A DNA stretch of 64,000 bases. It comes from an uncultured Eubacteriales bacterium (lineage in GTDB: Bacteria > Bacillota > Clostridia > Peptostreptococcales > Anaerovoracaceae). Below, one piece after another: positions 9,157 to 19,204 of this stretch (its first letter is position 1; each line of letters begins with the position of its first letter). The stretch is taken from positions 24,467 through 88,466 of the forward strand of contig OMZN01000018.1 of assembly GCA_900315555.1 (NCBI GenBank), in the 5' to 3' direction. Under the pieces are notes generated by a model, which was given only the letters and a program-made list of their open reading frames with translations, ran no database searches and was not told the origin of the DNA. A program made the translations under genes and the position numbers.

Positions 9157-10320
9157 ATGGTGAAATTGAAGGTGATTGAAGGCGGTGTAAAGCATCCGGA
9201 GGCATGCGAAAGGGAGTTCCTTTCTGCCTTCGTTTCCGATACCCGCCTGATGGGCGTTGTGGGTCTTTACATACACTGGGCGGTGAAGCAGTGTGAGGAA
9301 ACGGAGGATCTTCACCAGTTTTTCTATTTGGATCACGAGGAATACGGCTTGGAATCTTATGTGAGCATCTGGAAAGATGATCCGGAGGCCGTTGCCGATG
9401 CCTATCAATCTATGATCGGCTGCCTGGGCGGTGAGAGCGTGCCGCTGACTTTGGAAGAGGCCTGCGCGATTCTGTGTGAGTATGCCAGCATCAGCAAGGC
9501 ACATGGCTATGCACTGCCGGCAAAAACGTCGGAATATCTGATGCTGATCAGTGAGGCGCCTGCACTTTCTGAATCAGCGCGAAAGGAACTGCTGCGCAGG
9601 CAGTGCACGCCCATTCATTCCGATTACCAGCTGGTCAACTATTTCCTCATGCGCTGCCTGGGAAAGGATTATGAAGCGGCGGAGATTCTGACCGACGGCC
9701 ATGTGGACACGCATGTATTCCAAAATACGGATGTATCAGCGCTGTGCAGGAACGAGATTGAAGGAAGCGATGGACATTACATCTGCCAGTCTCTGGTGGA
9801 GGAGGCACACCAATATCACATTTTTGTCAGCGAAATCAGGGTGAAGGCACGGTGCGTGACCTCGCTTTCCTTATCATCCGGCTTTGCCGTGACACCGCAG
9901 GAGGCTGCCATGCAGCTGGCAAGACCCGAGTTTGTGACGGTGTATGATCTGGCAGAAGGCATTGGCGAACGGCTGGACATTCGGGAGGACGTAGAGTACA
10001 GTACCATCGTCTCAAGCTATGAGAACGGCAGGCTCTTCATGATCTTCAATGACACGAACAATCATGTGGACCGCCGCATCTTCCTTCTCAACGGCGATGT
10101 GTTCGGGATCTGCTTCATCAGTCTGGGCGGTCAGCTGATTGCGGCGGCTTACTCGCAGAACAATATCCAGCGGCTGGAGAGGATGCTGGCACGGGGACAC
10201 AGCAGGCTCTATATGCAGGTCGCGGCCAAATATGAATTCAAGGAACCGATCCTCTACGATTTCATACAGAGTGATTACGAGGACTTTGAGGACTTCCTTG
10301 ATGATTTCAGGCAGGAATAA
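9157..10320 (+). CDS. hypothetical cytoplasmic protein, no family recognised
   Basis: A 387-aa ORF 20 nt after the AraC gene and 33 nt before the M20 gene, with an acidic C-terminus (YEDFEDFLDDF). I could not assign any motif. Confidence 0.55.
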   Translation: MVKLKVIEGGVKHPEACEREFLSAFVSDTRLMGVVGLYIHWAVKQCEETEDLHQFFYLDHEEYGLESYVSIWKDDPEAVADAYQSMIGCLGGESVPLTLEEACAILCEYASISKAHGYALPAKTSEYLMLISEAPALSESARKELLRRQCTPIHSDYQLVNYFLMRCLGKDYEAAEILTDGHVDTHVFQNTDVSALCRNEIEGSDGHYICQSLVEEAHQYHIFVSEIRVKARCVTSLSLSSGFAVTPQEAAMQLARPEFVTVYDLAEGIGERLDIREDVEYSTIVSSYENGRLFMIFNDTNNHVDRRIFLLNGDVFGICFISLGGQLIAAAYSQNNIQRLERMLARGHSRLYMQVAAKYEFKEPILYDFIQSDYEDFEDFLDDFRQE

Positions 10321-10353
10321 AAAGCATACCAGGAAAAGAAAAAACGGGAGTGA

Positions 10354-11505
10354 TTGAAAATGTATCTGCAGGCGGAACCGCATCGGAAGCGGATCATCGA
10401 TACCTTTTGTGCGCTGACATCGATTGACGCAGAGAGCTTCAACGAGAGAGAGATCGCTGATGCCGTGCGAAGAAGATTGGAGGACATGGGCTTTACGGTT
10501 GAGGAGGACGAGGCCGGGCAGGCGCTTGGCGGCAATGCCGGCAATCTTTACGGCGTTCTCGCGGGTGATCCGGCCTTAACGCCGGTTCTCTTTTCGGCGC
10601 ATCTGGACACGGTGCAGCCGGGCCGGGGCAAGCGTGCGCATGTGGATGAAAAGGGCGCAATCACCGGCGACAGTCGGGCGATCCTGGGTGCGGATGATGT
10701 CAATGGTATAACGGAGATCCTGGAAGGTATCCGCCTTGTGCAGGAGAGCGGATGCCGCCACGGCGATATCGAGGTGCTGTTTACAGTGGCGGAGGAACGA
10801 TATGCTCTGGGCGGCGGCGTCTTCGATTTTTCCCGGGTGCGCTCTCCGATCGCCTACACGCTTGACATGGCGGAGCCCGTGGGCAAGGCCGCAGTGCAGG
10901 CGCCTTCCATCGTCTCCTTTTCGGTTGAAGTGCAGGGCAGGGATGCCCACGCCGGCTTTGCACCGGAGAAGGGCGCCCATGCGATCAAGGCGGCTGCAGA
11001 GGCCATGGCCTGCCTGCCGCTTGGCCGGGTGGAGGAGGATGTCACCTGCAATATCGGCACCGTGGAAGGCGGCAGAGCCGCCAATATCGTGCCTGATCGC
11101 TGTCTTCTCACAGGAGAGATCAGAAGCTATCGTCATGCACGGGCTATGGCCTGGCTGGAACGGATCAGAAAGGCCTTTTCTGAGCAGGCCGCTGCCTGCG
11201 GATGCACGGCGGAGATGCAGAGCACGGTGCATCTGCAGGCGTATGCAATTTCGAAGGATGAGCCGGTCTGCCGGCGGTTCCTTGCAGCGTGCGGAAAGCT
11301 CGGCATCCCGACGCCGCCCGGCGGCCGCTTTCGCTCCACCTTCGGCGGCAGCGACAACAATCATTTTGCAGCGCATGGCTTGCGGGGCATCGTTTTAGGA
11401 AACGGCATGCAGGCGACGCATTCGGTGAAGGAACATACCGATGCAGCGCAGCTGGAACAGGGCGCCCGTCTGGTGGCTGCTCTGATTGTAGAGGACGAAA
11501 CATGA
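10354..11505 (+). CDS. M20/M25/M40 family metallopeptidase (PepT-like)
   Basis: SAHLDTVQPG, GADDVNGI and FTVAEE metal-ligand motifs, plus a dimerisation-domain-like middle segment. Confidence 0.8.
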   Translation: MKMYLQAEPHRKRIIDTFCALTSIDAESFNEREIADAVRRRLEDMGFTVEEDEAGQALGGNAGNLYGVLAGDPALTPVLFSAHLDTVQPGRGKRAHVDEKGAITGDSRAILGADDVNGITEILEGIRLVQESGCRHGDIEVLFTVAEERYALGGGVFDFSRVRSPIAYTLDMAEPVGKAAVQAPSIVSFSVEVQGRDAHAGFAPEKGAHAIKAAAEAMACLPLGRVEEDVTCNIGTVEGGRAANIVPDRCLLTGEIRSYRHARAMAWLERIRKAFSEQAAACGCTAEMQSTVHLQAYAISKDEPVCRRFLAACGKLGIPTPPGGRFRSTFGGSDNNHFAAHGLRGIVLGNGMQATHSVKEHTDAAQLEQGARLVAALIVEDET

Positions 11506-11508
11506 AAA

Positions 11509-11534
11509 AAGGCTGTGCCTTGCTGCACAGCCTT
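11509..11534. terminator. bidirectional intrinsic terminator between convergent genes
   Basis: 10-bp stem AAGGCTGTGC / GCACAGCCTT with a 6-nt loop. An A-run lies on the + side, giving a U-run for the minus-strand gene. Confidence 0.65.
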
Positions 11535-11558
11535 CCTTGTCCGATAATATACATGCTG

Positions 11559-11921
11559 CTATCTGGCATCACGTCCGTGGATGCCGAATACGGCATTGCC
11601 CGCAAAGGCAGCATTATCGTGGCCTCTGTGATTGGTGTAGAGCATGTGGTCTCCGATCTCCAGACGATAGAAGCTCACCTGATCGGTGTCCGGATCGTAG
11701 TAGAACTTCGTAAGCAGCTGTTTGCTGTGATCGCCGTCGCTGGTATCACCAATGCCTACGACAAGCCAGTTCTTTTCCTTGTGGCCATCCTCTGACAGGA
11801 CAAAATGCCAATTCTTCTGATCAGTGGAGTAGTCAGCAGGATTACCGCCTTTTACTTCCAGGAAACTCAACACTCTGTCGATGTACTTCGCAACCTTTTT
11901 CTCGTCTTCCTGTCTGAACAT
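11559..11921 (-). CDS. hypothetical small protein (120 aa)
   Basis: Strong RBS GAGGAGG 7 nt before the ATG and a hairpin terminator downstream. No family recognised. Confidence 0.55.
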   Translation of the reverse strand: MFRQEDEKKVAKYIDRVLSFLEVKGGNPADYSTDQKNWHFVLSEDGHKEKNWLVVGIGDTSDGDHSKQLLTKFYYDPDTDQVSFYRLEIGDHMLYTNHRGHDNAAFAGNAVFGIHGRDAR

Positions 11922-12163
11922 TTTACTGCCTCCTCAAATGATAAATTTTGTCTTGCAGGATCTGTGTTTCCACATCTTCTGTTACTATGGATATACCCGT
12001 TTGCGGGCGGACAAAACGATGGCAGGTGTTCAGTTTCAGCATGTTTCTGGCAAATATTTTTCCAAAAATTTATGAGTCACCGTCCGCGCTCTTCCTCTTC
12101 GATTGCATCGGTTTTTCATCGCGCTGCAGCAGGCGGTTTCTCTTTTGAAGAGAGGTTCTTTCC

Positions 12164-12192
12164 TTGACAAAAACCTGCTGTTTCAATACAAT
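12164..12192 (+). promoter_or_regulatory. sigma-A-type promoter of the valS leader
   Basis: TTGACA (12164-12169), 17-nt spacer, TACAAT (12187-12192). Confidence 0.7.
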
Positions 12193-12198
12193 AAATCA

Positions 12199-12432
12199 GT
12201 ACATCTGAATAGAGATGATGAGGAAGAGGAGTAGTGGCATCACCCCCCGCAAGAGAAGGAGGCTCATGGGCTGGAAGGCCTCCGGGACCGGCGCGTCATG
12301 AAGGTCGCTTCGGAGTCTCATGATTGAGAGGGTCTGCATTCTGCCGCCGGTGCGGAAGGATGCGGGAACAAAGGTGGTACCGCGGACAAAGCGTCGAGTT
12401 CGTCCTTTATGGGGCGGCTTTTTATTTTTGAA
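12199..12432 (+). promoter_or_regulatory. T-box leader (tRNA-sensing riboswitch), probable Val (GUC) specifier
   Basis: Stem-I elements AGAGA / TGATGA / AGTA near 12210-12235. Candidate specifier GTC followed by A at 12295-12298. Conserved T-box AAAGGTGGTACCGCG at 12370-12384, followed by GGCGGCTTTTTATTTTT. Confidence 0.8.
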
Positions 12433-12457
12433 ATGATTCAATGAACCGGAGGAGAGC

Positions 12458-15139
12458 ATGAAAAGAAATCTTGCAAAGACGTATGATCCGAAAACGTTTG
12501 AGGATCGTATCTATAAAGAATGGGAGGAGGCGGGTGCCTTCCGTGCAGAGGTCCGCAAGGACAAAAAGCCCTTTACGATCGTCATGCCGCCCCCCAACAT
12601 CACGGGGCAGCTTCACATGGGACATGCGCTGGATCAGACACTGCAGGATGTGCTGACACGCTGGAAGCGGATGCAGGGTTACAGTGCTCTCTGGCTTCCC
12701 GGCTCGGATCATGCCAGCATCGCCACCGAAGTCAAGGTGGTCAACAAGCTGCGCGAGGAGGAAGGCAAGGAAAAGGAAGACATCGGGCGTGAGGAATTCC
12801 TCAAGCGCGCCTGGGCCTGGAAGGAGAAGTACGGCAGCCGCATCACCCAGCAGTGCAGGCGGCTTGGGGATTCCTGCGACTGGAGCCGGGAGCGCTTCAC
12901 CATGGATGAGGGGTGCAGCAGGGCTGTCCGTGCTTTCTTTGTACGTCTGTACAAGAAGGGCCTGATCTATCGGGGCAACCGTCTGATCAACTGGTGTCCG
13001 CAGTGCGGGACCTCGCTTTCTGATGCCGAGGTCGAGCACAAGGATCATACCGGTTCCTACTGGTATTTCCGCTATCCCGGCGCAGATGGCGGTGAGGGCA
13101 TTGTCGTGGCCACTTCCCGTCCCGAGACCATGTTCGGCGATACGGCCATTGCAGTGCATCCTTCTGATGAACGCTACAAGGATATGGTGGGCAGGAAGGT
13201 CATTCTGCCGCTGGTAGGAAGAGAAATCCCGGTCGTTGCTGATCCTTATCCGGATCCGGAGAAGGGAACCGGTGCTGTCAAGATCACGCCGGCGCACGAT
13301 CCCAACGACTTTGAGGTGGGCGAAAGACATCACCTTGAGCAGCTGACCTGCATTAACGAGGATGCGACGATGAACCAGCTGGCCGGCAAGTATGCCGGCA
13401 TGGATCGCTACGCATGCCGCAAGGCCTGGGTAAAGGATCTTGAGGAAGCCGGCTACTTGGTAAAGACGGAGGAGATGACCATTCCGGCAGGGGAGTGCTA
13501 TCGCTGTCACACCGTTGTGGAGCCCATGCTTTCCGAGCAGTGGTTTGTCAAGATGGAGGAGCTGGCCAAACCGGCAATGGAGGTGGCGAGGGACGGCCGT
13601 CTGCAGCATGTGCCTGCGCGCTTTACCAAGACTTATCTTCACTGGCTGGAAAACATCAGGGACTGGTGCATCTCGCGGCAGCTCTGGTGGGGTCACCGCA
13701 TTCCTGCCTGGTATTGTCAGGACTGCGGCGAGGTGATCGTGGCCGAGGAAGATCCGACGAGCTGCCCCAAGTGCGGCAGTCATAACCTGAAGCAGGACGA
13801 GGACGTTCTGGATACCTGGTTCTCTTCTGCGTTGTGGCCGTTTTCGACCCTGGGCTGGCCGGAGAAGACGAAGGAACTCGATTATTTCTTCCCCACTGAT
13901 GTGCTGGTGACGGGCTATGATATCATCTTTTTCTGGGTTGTGCGCATGGTCTTTTCAGCGCTGGAAGTGACCGGGGAAAGTCCTTTCCGCTATGTTTATG
14001 TCCACGGCCTGGTGCGGGATGCGCAGGGACGCAAAATGAGCAAGTCGCTCGGCAACGGCATTGATCCGCTGGAGGTCATTGACCAATACGGTGCCGATGC
14101 CCTTCGCTTCATGCTGACGACCGGCATCACCCCGGGCAACGACATGCGTTTTTCCGAGGACAAGATCGAGGCAGCCAGAAACTTTGCCAACAAGCTGTGG
14201 AATGCCAGCCGGTTTACCATCATGAATCTGCAGGACGAGGAGGGAGCCTTCCTTCCTATGGCGGCGGAGGATACCGATCGGCTGCAGGATGAGGATAAAT
14301 GGATCCTCTCGGCCGTAAATGACACGATCCGGGAGACCACCGCCTACATGGAGCGGTTCGATCTGGCCATGGCCGCTTCCAAGGTGTATGACCTGATCTG
14401 GAATCAATTCTGCGACTGGTACATCGAAATCGTCAAGGACAGACTGCACGGGGAAGATGAAGACGACAGGCAGGTTGTCAGAATGGTGCTGGTTCGCGTG
14501 CTGAAGGATATGCTGCGTCTGCTTCATCCGTTCATGCCGTTCATCACTGAGGAAATCTGGAGCTGTCTGCCCGGCGATACCTGCGAAGAGGCGGCATCCG
14601 GCTTCCTGATGAAGGCATCGTGGCCGGTGTACCGCGCCGAGGATGAACATCCCGAGGAAGCGCAGCGCCTGGAAACCGCCAAGGAGGTTATCCGGGCCAT
14701 CCGCGGTCTGCGTCTGGAGGCAGAGGCGGCACCGTCCAAAGAACTTTCGGCATGGATTCTTGCTGATGAAGAGTCGCAGGAAGCGATTCGGGCAGGAGAA
14801 CGCTATATCAGAAAACTGGCCAACATCAATGCGCTGCACTTTACCGCCAGGAAGGAAGAACTGCCTGAAGATACCATGAGCGCCATTCTTCCCGGTGCGG
14901 AAATCTTTGTTCCCATGGATGAGCTGGTGGATATCGCCGCCGAGCTGGAGAGAACGAGGAAGGAAAAAGAAAGACTCGTGGGTGAGGTGAAGCGCTCTGA
15001 AAAGATGCTCTCCAACCCGGGTTTTGTCAATAAGGCACCGGCAGCCAAGGTGGAGGAAGAGCGTGCTAAAAAGGTCTCCTACGAGGAAATGCTTGCCAAG
15101 GTGAATGAACGTCTGGCAATGCTGGAGAAAAAGGCTTGA
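12458..15139 (+). CDS. valS: valine--tRNA ligase
   Basis: Class I motifs PPPNITGQLHMGHA and KMSKSLGN, plus a C-terminal coiled coil. Confidence 0.97.
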   Translation: MKRNLAKTYDPKTFEDRIYKEWEEAGAFRAEVRKDKKPFTIVMPPPNITGQLHMGHALDQTLQDVLTRWKRMQGYSALWLPGSDHASIATEVKVVNKLREEEGKEKEDIGREEFLKRAWAWKEKYGSRITQQCRRLGDSCDWSRERFTMDEGCSRAVRAFFVRLYKKGLIYRGNRLINWCPQCGTSLSDAEVEHKDHTGSYWYFRYPGADGGEGIVVATSRPETMFGDTAIAVHPSDERYKDMVGRKVILPLVGREIPVVADPYPDPEKGTGAVKITPAHDPNDFEVGERHHLEQLTCINEDATMNQLAGKYAGMDRYACRKAWVKDLEEAGYLVKTEEMTIPAGECYRCHTVVEPMLSEQWFVKMEELAKPAMEVARDGRLQHVPARFTKTYLHWLENIRDWCISRQLWWGHRIPAWYCQDCGEVIVAEEDPTSCPKCGSHNLKQDEDVLDTWFSSALWPFSTLGWPEKTKELDYFFPTDVLVTGYDIIFFWVVRMVFSALEVTGESPFRYVYVHGLVRDAQGRKMSKSLGNGIDPLEVIDQYGADALRFMLTTGITPGNDMRFSEDKIEAARNFANKLWNASRFTIMNLQDEEGAFLPMAAEDTDRLQDEDKWILSAVNDTIRETTAYMERFDLAMAASKVYDLIWNQFCDWYIEIVKDRLHGEDEDDRQVVRMVLVRVLKDMLRLLHPFMPFITEEIWSCLPGDTCEEAASGFLMKASWPVYRAEDEHPEEAQRLETAKEVIRAIRGLRLEAEAAPSKELSAWILADEESQEAIRAGERYIRKLANINALHFTARKEELPEDTMSAILPGAEIFVPMDELVDIAAELERTRKEKERLVGEVKRSEKMLSNPGFVNKAPAAKVEEERAKKVSYEEMLAKVNERLAMLEKKA

Positions 15140-16470
15140 GCATGAGTGAATACAGTCTGGATCATTATACATGTGCGGCTGAGGCACGTATCGGACAATT
15201 CAGCCGCTTTGGCAGTGTACTGGGGCTGGAGAGGATCCAGGCACTGCTCCGGCGGCTGGGCAGTCCCCAGGAGACGCTGCGGGTGATCCATGTGGCCGGG
15301 ACCAACGGCAAGGGATCGGTGTGCCGCTATATTTACAGTGTGCTGGAGGAGGCAGGATACCGTGTCGGGCTCTTTACCTCGCCCTACATTGAACGCTTCC
15401 ACGAACGCATCGAGTACGATGGCCGCTGCATCACCGACGAGGAGCTGGATGCCTGTACCGACCGCGTGATTGCCTGCGCCGAGGCGATGAAAGCTGAAGG
15501 GCAGGAAAGCCCCACAGAGTTCGAAATCATCACCGCTGTGGCCATGGTATACTTTGCGGAAAAGACGCCGGACTTTGTCATCCTGGAGGTTGGTCTTGGC
15601 GGACGAGGCGATTCCACCAATGTGATAGCACATCCCCTTGTGGACATCATCACTTCGATTTCCTATGATCATATGGATCGCCTGGGGAACACGCTGGCGG
15701 AGATCGCCGGCGAGAAAGCAGGCATCATCCGACCGGGCACACCGGTGGTTTCCATGGTGTCGCATGAGGATGCAGAGGATGCAGACAAGGTGATTGCAAG
15801 AACGGCCTATCAGCGCGGGTGCCGGCTTTACGATGCCGCCAGATACGTTCCGCGCATCGAGCGTGTGGACTGCGGCGGCAGTACCTTTTCCGTCCGCATT
15901 GGAGAAACGGAATTTCCGCATATCCACATTTCGATGGGCGGCGTTCATCAGGTGGACAACGCGGTGTGTGCGCTCACCGCTATTGAAATACTGCGCAGAT
16001 CAGGTATAATTAAACTCAATAAGGAGGCTCTGGCAAAGGGCATGGACCGTGCCCGGCAAAACGGGCGCTTTGAAATCTTTGAGGGGCATCCGACGGTTGT
16101 GCTGGACGGTGCGCACAACCAGGAGGGCATGGAATCTCTGGTCACCGCTATGGATGACTGCTTTCACGGGCGGCATGTGCTGCCGGTGCTGGGGATCCTT
16201 AAAGACAAGGCTGTCGATGCGATCCTCGACAAGGCGGTCTGGCTGGGCGGGGACTTCATCGCTACGGCGCCGGATAATGTGCGCCGGCTTGCACCCGGAG
16301 CCCTTGCGGAGAAGCTCCGCAGCCGCGGGAAGCGGTGCCGGGTCATCGAGGATGCTGCAGAAGCCTTCCGGACAGCTGTGGAACAGGCCTCGGACGACGA
16401 CGTGGTGCTCGTCGCAGGGTCTTTATACCTTGTCGGCAGGATCAGGAGCTTGGTGAAACATGGCGCGTAG
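15136..16470 (+). CDS. folC: bifunctional folylpolyglutamate synthase / dihydrofolate synthase
   Basis: Mur-ligase P-loop HVAGTNGKGS. 4-nt overlap with the valS stop. Confidence 0.9.
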   Translation: MSMSEYSLDHYTCAAEARIGQFSRFGSVLGLERIQALLRRLGSPQETLRVIHVAGTNGKGSVCRYIYSVLEEAGYRVGLFTSPYIERFHERIEYDGRCITDEELDACTDRVIACAEAMKAEGQESPTEFEIITAVAMVYFAEKTPDFVILEVGLGGRGDSTNVIAHPLVDIITSISYDHMDRLGNTLAEIAGEKAGIIRPGTPVVSMVSHEDAEDADKVIARTAYQRGCRLYDAARYVPRIERVDCGGSTFSVRIGETEFPHIHISMGGVHQVDNAVCALTAIEILRRSGIIKLNKEALAKGMDRARQNGRFEIFEGHPTVVLDGAHNQEGMESLVTAMDDCFHGRHVLPVLGILKDKAVDAILDKAVWLGGDFIATAPDNVRRLAPGALAEKLRSRGKRCRVIEDAAEAFRTAVEQASDDDVVLVAGSLYLVGRIRSLVKHGA

Positions 16471-17452
16471 GAAAAGAAAGAAGGTTCTGCTGTTTTACAA
16501 TCCCTATTCCGGCAGCGGCATCTTCCGTACTCATTTGGATATGGTGGTCGCCAAATACCAGAAGGGCGGTCTTACGACCATCCCCGTCCGATCGGCTTCC
16601 TACCTGAACATCTCGAAAGTTCTTTCAGAGATCGATCCCGATGAATTTGATCATCTGGCCGTGGCAGGCGGCGATGGAACCATCAACCTTTTCGTCAATG
16701 GGATTCTGGATAACAATCTGGAACTGCCGGTGGCCATTTATCCTACCGGTACGGCCAATGATTTTGCACATCATCTGAATCTTCCCGATGATGTCGGCAA
16801 GATGGCGGAGACGGCGATGCAGGATCATTCGATGCTGGTCGACGTAGGGAAGTGCAACGATCGATATTTCATCAATGTGGCGGCACTGGGTGCCCTGGTG
16901 GACGTCAGCCGGAAGACGGATCCCAATTTAAAGAATACCCTGGGCGTTGTTTCCTATTATCTGCGGGCGCTGCCCGAGCTTGGAAACCTGAAACCGGTGC
17001 CGGTCAGGCTGACCACGAAAGAAAAGACGATGGAGGAGGAGATGCTCTTCATGGTTGCCATGAACGGGCGGGCTGCAGGCGGCTTCAAGAAGATCTCCCC
17101 GGATGCAGAGATCAATGACGGTCTGCTGGATGTGATTCTGTTCAAGGCCATGCCGACGCTTGAACTGATCCCGCTGTTTTTCAATGTCGTGCACGGCAGG
17201 CATCCCGGCAGCAGGAACGTGATCTTTTTTCAAACGGATCGGATGCGCATTGAGTCTTCTGAAAACATTATTGCAGATATCGATGGAGAGAAGGGATCCA
17301 GTCTGCCGGTGGATTTGAGTATTGTTCATGACAGACTGCGCATCAAGACGCTGCCTGAGGATAAGGTGCAGCCGGATACAGACGAGGGACACGGATGGCA
17401 GAAACAGGCAGAGAAGCTCCTTCACAGAAGGCAGATGATGCTGCGCAGGTGA
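16460..17452 (+). CDS. diacylglycerol/lipid kinase family protein (YegS/BmrU type)
   Basis: LFYNPYSGSG and the VAGGDGTIN catalytic-domain motif. Confidence 0.8.
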   Translation: MARRKRKKVLLFYNPYSGSGIFRTHLDMVVAKYQKGGLTTIPVRSASYLNISKVLSEIDPDEFDHLAVAGGDGTINLFVNGILDNNLELPVAIYPTGTANDFAHHLNLPDDVGKMAETAMQDHSMLVDVGKCNDRYFINVAALGALVDVSRKTDPNLKNTLGVVSYYLRALPELGNLKPVPVRLTTKEKTMEEEMLFMVAMNGRAAGGFKKISPDAEINDGLLDVILFKAMPTLELIPLFFNVVHGRHPGSRNVIFFQTDRMRIESSENIIADIDGEKGSSLPVDLSIVHDRLRIKTLPEDKVQPDTDEGHGWQKQAEKLLHRRQMMLRR

Positions 17453-17484
17453 AGATATGAAACATGCATGGCAGGAAGGAAGGA

Positions 17485-18522
17485 ATGAGCAAAATGAGGA
17501 TCATCGTGGACGGCATGGGCGGCGACAATGCGCCGCAGGCTATCGTAGAGGGCGTAGTACAGGCATCGGCGAAGCTGCCGGCCGGGTATGAAATATGTCT
17601 CGTGGGCAGGGAGGACTGTCTGCGGCGCGAGCTGGCGAAATATGATTACGATGCGCGCATCATTACGATCAGCCATGCCGAGGAGGTCATCGCCATGGAG
17701 GACGCCCCCGTCAAGGCAGTGCGGACCAAGAAAAAGTCTTCCCTGGTAAGCGGTATTCAGATGGTCAAGTCAGGCGAAGGAGATATTTTCATTTCTGCCG
17801 GCAATTCCGGCGCCCTGATGGCGGGCGGACTTTTTATCCTGGGAAGGATCCAGGGAATCGACCGGCCGGCCATCGCTTCGGTGTATCCCGTTCTGGGCGG
17901 CAGTCCCCAGCTGCTGGTCGATGCCGGTGCCAATTCGGAATGCAAGCCCGGCAATCTGCTGGAATTTGCGATGATGGGAAGTATCTATGCCGAAAAGGTA
18001 TGGGGCAGAAAGGAGCCCTCGATCGGCCTTGTCAATCTGGGCGTGGAGGAGAACAAGGGCTCGACGCTTACCAAGGCGGCGTATGAGATGCTGGCACGCA
18101 GCGGACTCAACTTTACCGGTAACGTGGAGGCCAGAGAGCTGCCGGATGGCGCCTGCGATGTCATTGTATGCGACGGCTTCACGGGCAATGTCATTCTGAA
18201 GCTTACCGAGGGATTTGCTCTGCATATTCTCGGCCTGCTCAAGGCGCGGTTCACAGAAGGAACAAAGGCCAAGATCGGTGCGCTGCTTCTGAAGGACAAG
18301 CTTCGTTCTCTCAAGGGAGAATTCGACTACTCCGAATACGGCGGTGCACCGATCCTGGGAGTCAAGGGCGCCATCGTGAAGATGCACGGATCTTCCAATG
18401 CCAATGCTGTCAAGAATACCGTGCTCAAGAGTATTCCCTATGTGGAGGAGCAAGTCGTGGACAAGATCCAGAATTCGGTTCTGGACATTGAGGAGATCGT
18501 CAACAGTGAGCGGGAAGAATGA
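17485..18522 (+). CDS. plsX: phosphate acyltransferase
   Basis: MRIIVDGMGGDNAP and SAGNSGALMA motifs. The start is ambiguous among 17464, 17485 and 17494. Confidence 0.9.
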   Translation: MSKMRIIVDGMGGDNAPQAIVEGVVQASAKLPAGYEICLVGREDCLRRELAKYDYDARIITISHAEEVIAMEDAPVKAVRTKKKSSLVSGIQMVKSGEGDIFISAGNSGALMAGGLFILGRIQGIDRPAIASVYPVLGGSPQLLVDAGANSECKPGNLLEFAMMGSIYAEKVWGRKEPSIGLVNLGVEENKGSTLTKAAYEMLARSGLNFTGNVEARELPDGACDVIVCDGFTGNVILKLTEGFALHILGLLKARFTEGTKAKIGALLLKDKLRSLKGEFDYSEYGGAPILGVKGAIVKMHGSSNANAVKNTVLKSIPYVEEQVVDKIQNSVLDIEEIVNSEREE

Positions 18523-19204
18523 TTTCGAGGAACGCATCGGTTATCGCTTTCAGGATCCGACGCTGCTTGAACAGGCACTGACCCACAGCTCGTATACGAA
18601 GGAGCATGACCTGCCGAGGATTTGCTGCAACGAACGGCTGGAGTTCCTGGGAGATGCTTTTTTCGATGCCATCATCGGCGAGGCGCTGTATCGCAGAATG
18701 CCGAAGACCGAGGAGGGCTATCTGACCAAACTGCGTGCCCTCGTGGTCTGCGAGGAGTCTCTGGCGGAGACGGCAAGGTCACTTGGGATCGGTTCCCTGC
18801 TGCGGCTGGGACGCGGAGAAGAACATACCGGCGGGCGAAGCAGACGCTCCGTGATTGCCGATGCCATGGAGGCTGTCATCGGCGCACTCTTCATGGATGC
18901 CGGCTATGAAAAAACCGGTGAGATTGTTCGTGCTCTTTTCCGGGATCGGGTGGAGGAAGCGCTGGCCGGCAGGCTTCACAGCGATTATAAGAGTGAATTG
19001 CAGGAGATGATTCAGAAGGTGCGCCCTGCAGAGATAGAGTATGTCATGACCGGCGAGGAAGGACCCGATCATGCCAAGACGTTCTATATCGATGTGCAGG
19101 TAGACGGTGTCGTCTGGGGAAGCGGCAGCGGATCCAGCAAGAAGGAAGCACAGCAGCATGCCGCTAAAGAGGCGGTACGGCGGAGAAGACAGGATGTACT
19201 TTAA
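18506..19204 (+). CDS. rnc: ribonuclease III
   Basis: Signature NERLEFLGDA and a C-terminal dsRBD (GSGSSKKEAQQHAAKEA). GTG at 18506 follows GAGGAG. The longer track ORF runs inside plsX. Confidence 0.9.
   Translation: MSGKNDFEERIGYRFQDPTLLEQALTHSSYTKEHDLPRICCNERLEFLGDAFFDAIIGEALYRRMPKTEEGYLTKLRALVVCEESLAETARSLGIGSLLRLGRGEEHTGGRSRRSVIADAMEAVIGALFMDAGYEKTGEIVRALFRDRVEEALAGRLHSDYKSELQEMIQKVRPAEIEYVMTGEEGPDHAKTFYIDVQVDGVVWGSGSGSSKKEAQQHAAKEAVRRRRQDVL

Noticed and set aside
12422-15187. Two long antisense ORFs (453 aa and 410 aa) opposite valS. Similar ones lie opposite der (23605-25029), the AraC gene (7529-8704), the GCL gene (46658-47821), ychF (49042-49977), murG (60194-61114), ftsQ (61600-62529) and ftsZ (62551-63297).
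   Set aside because: For those I checked (valS, der, AraC), the register is identical to the sense gene. All overlap genes with clear family motifs, and none has an RBS or motif of its own. I treated them as GC-rich shadow ORFs.
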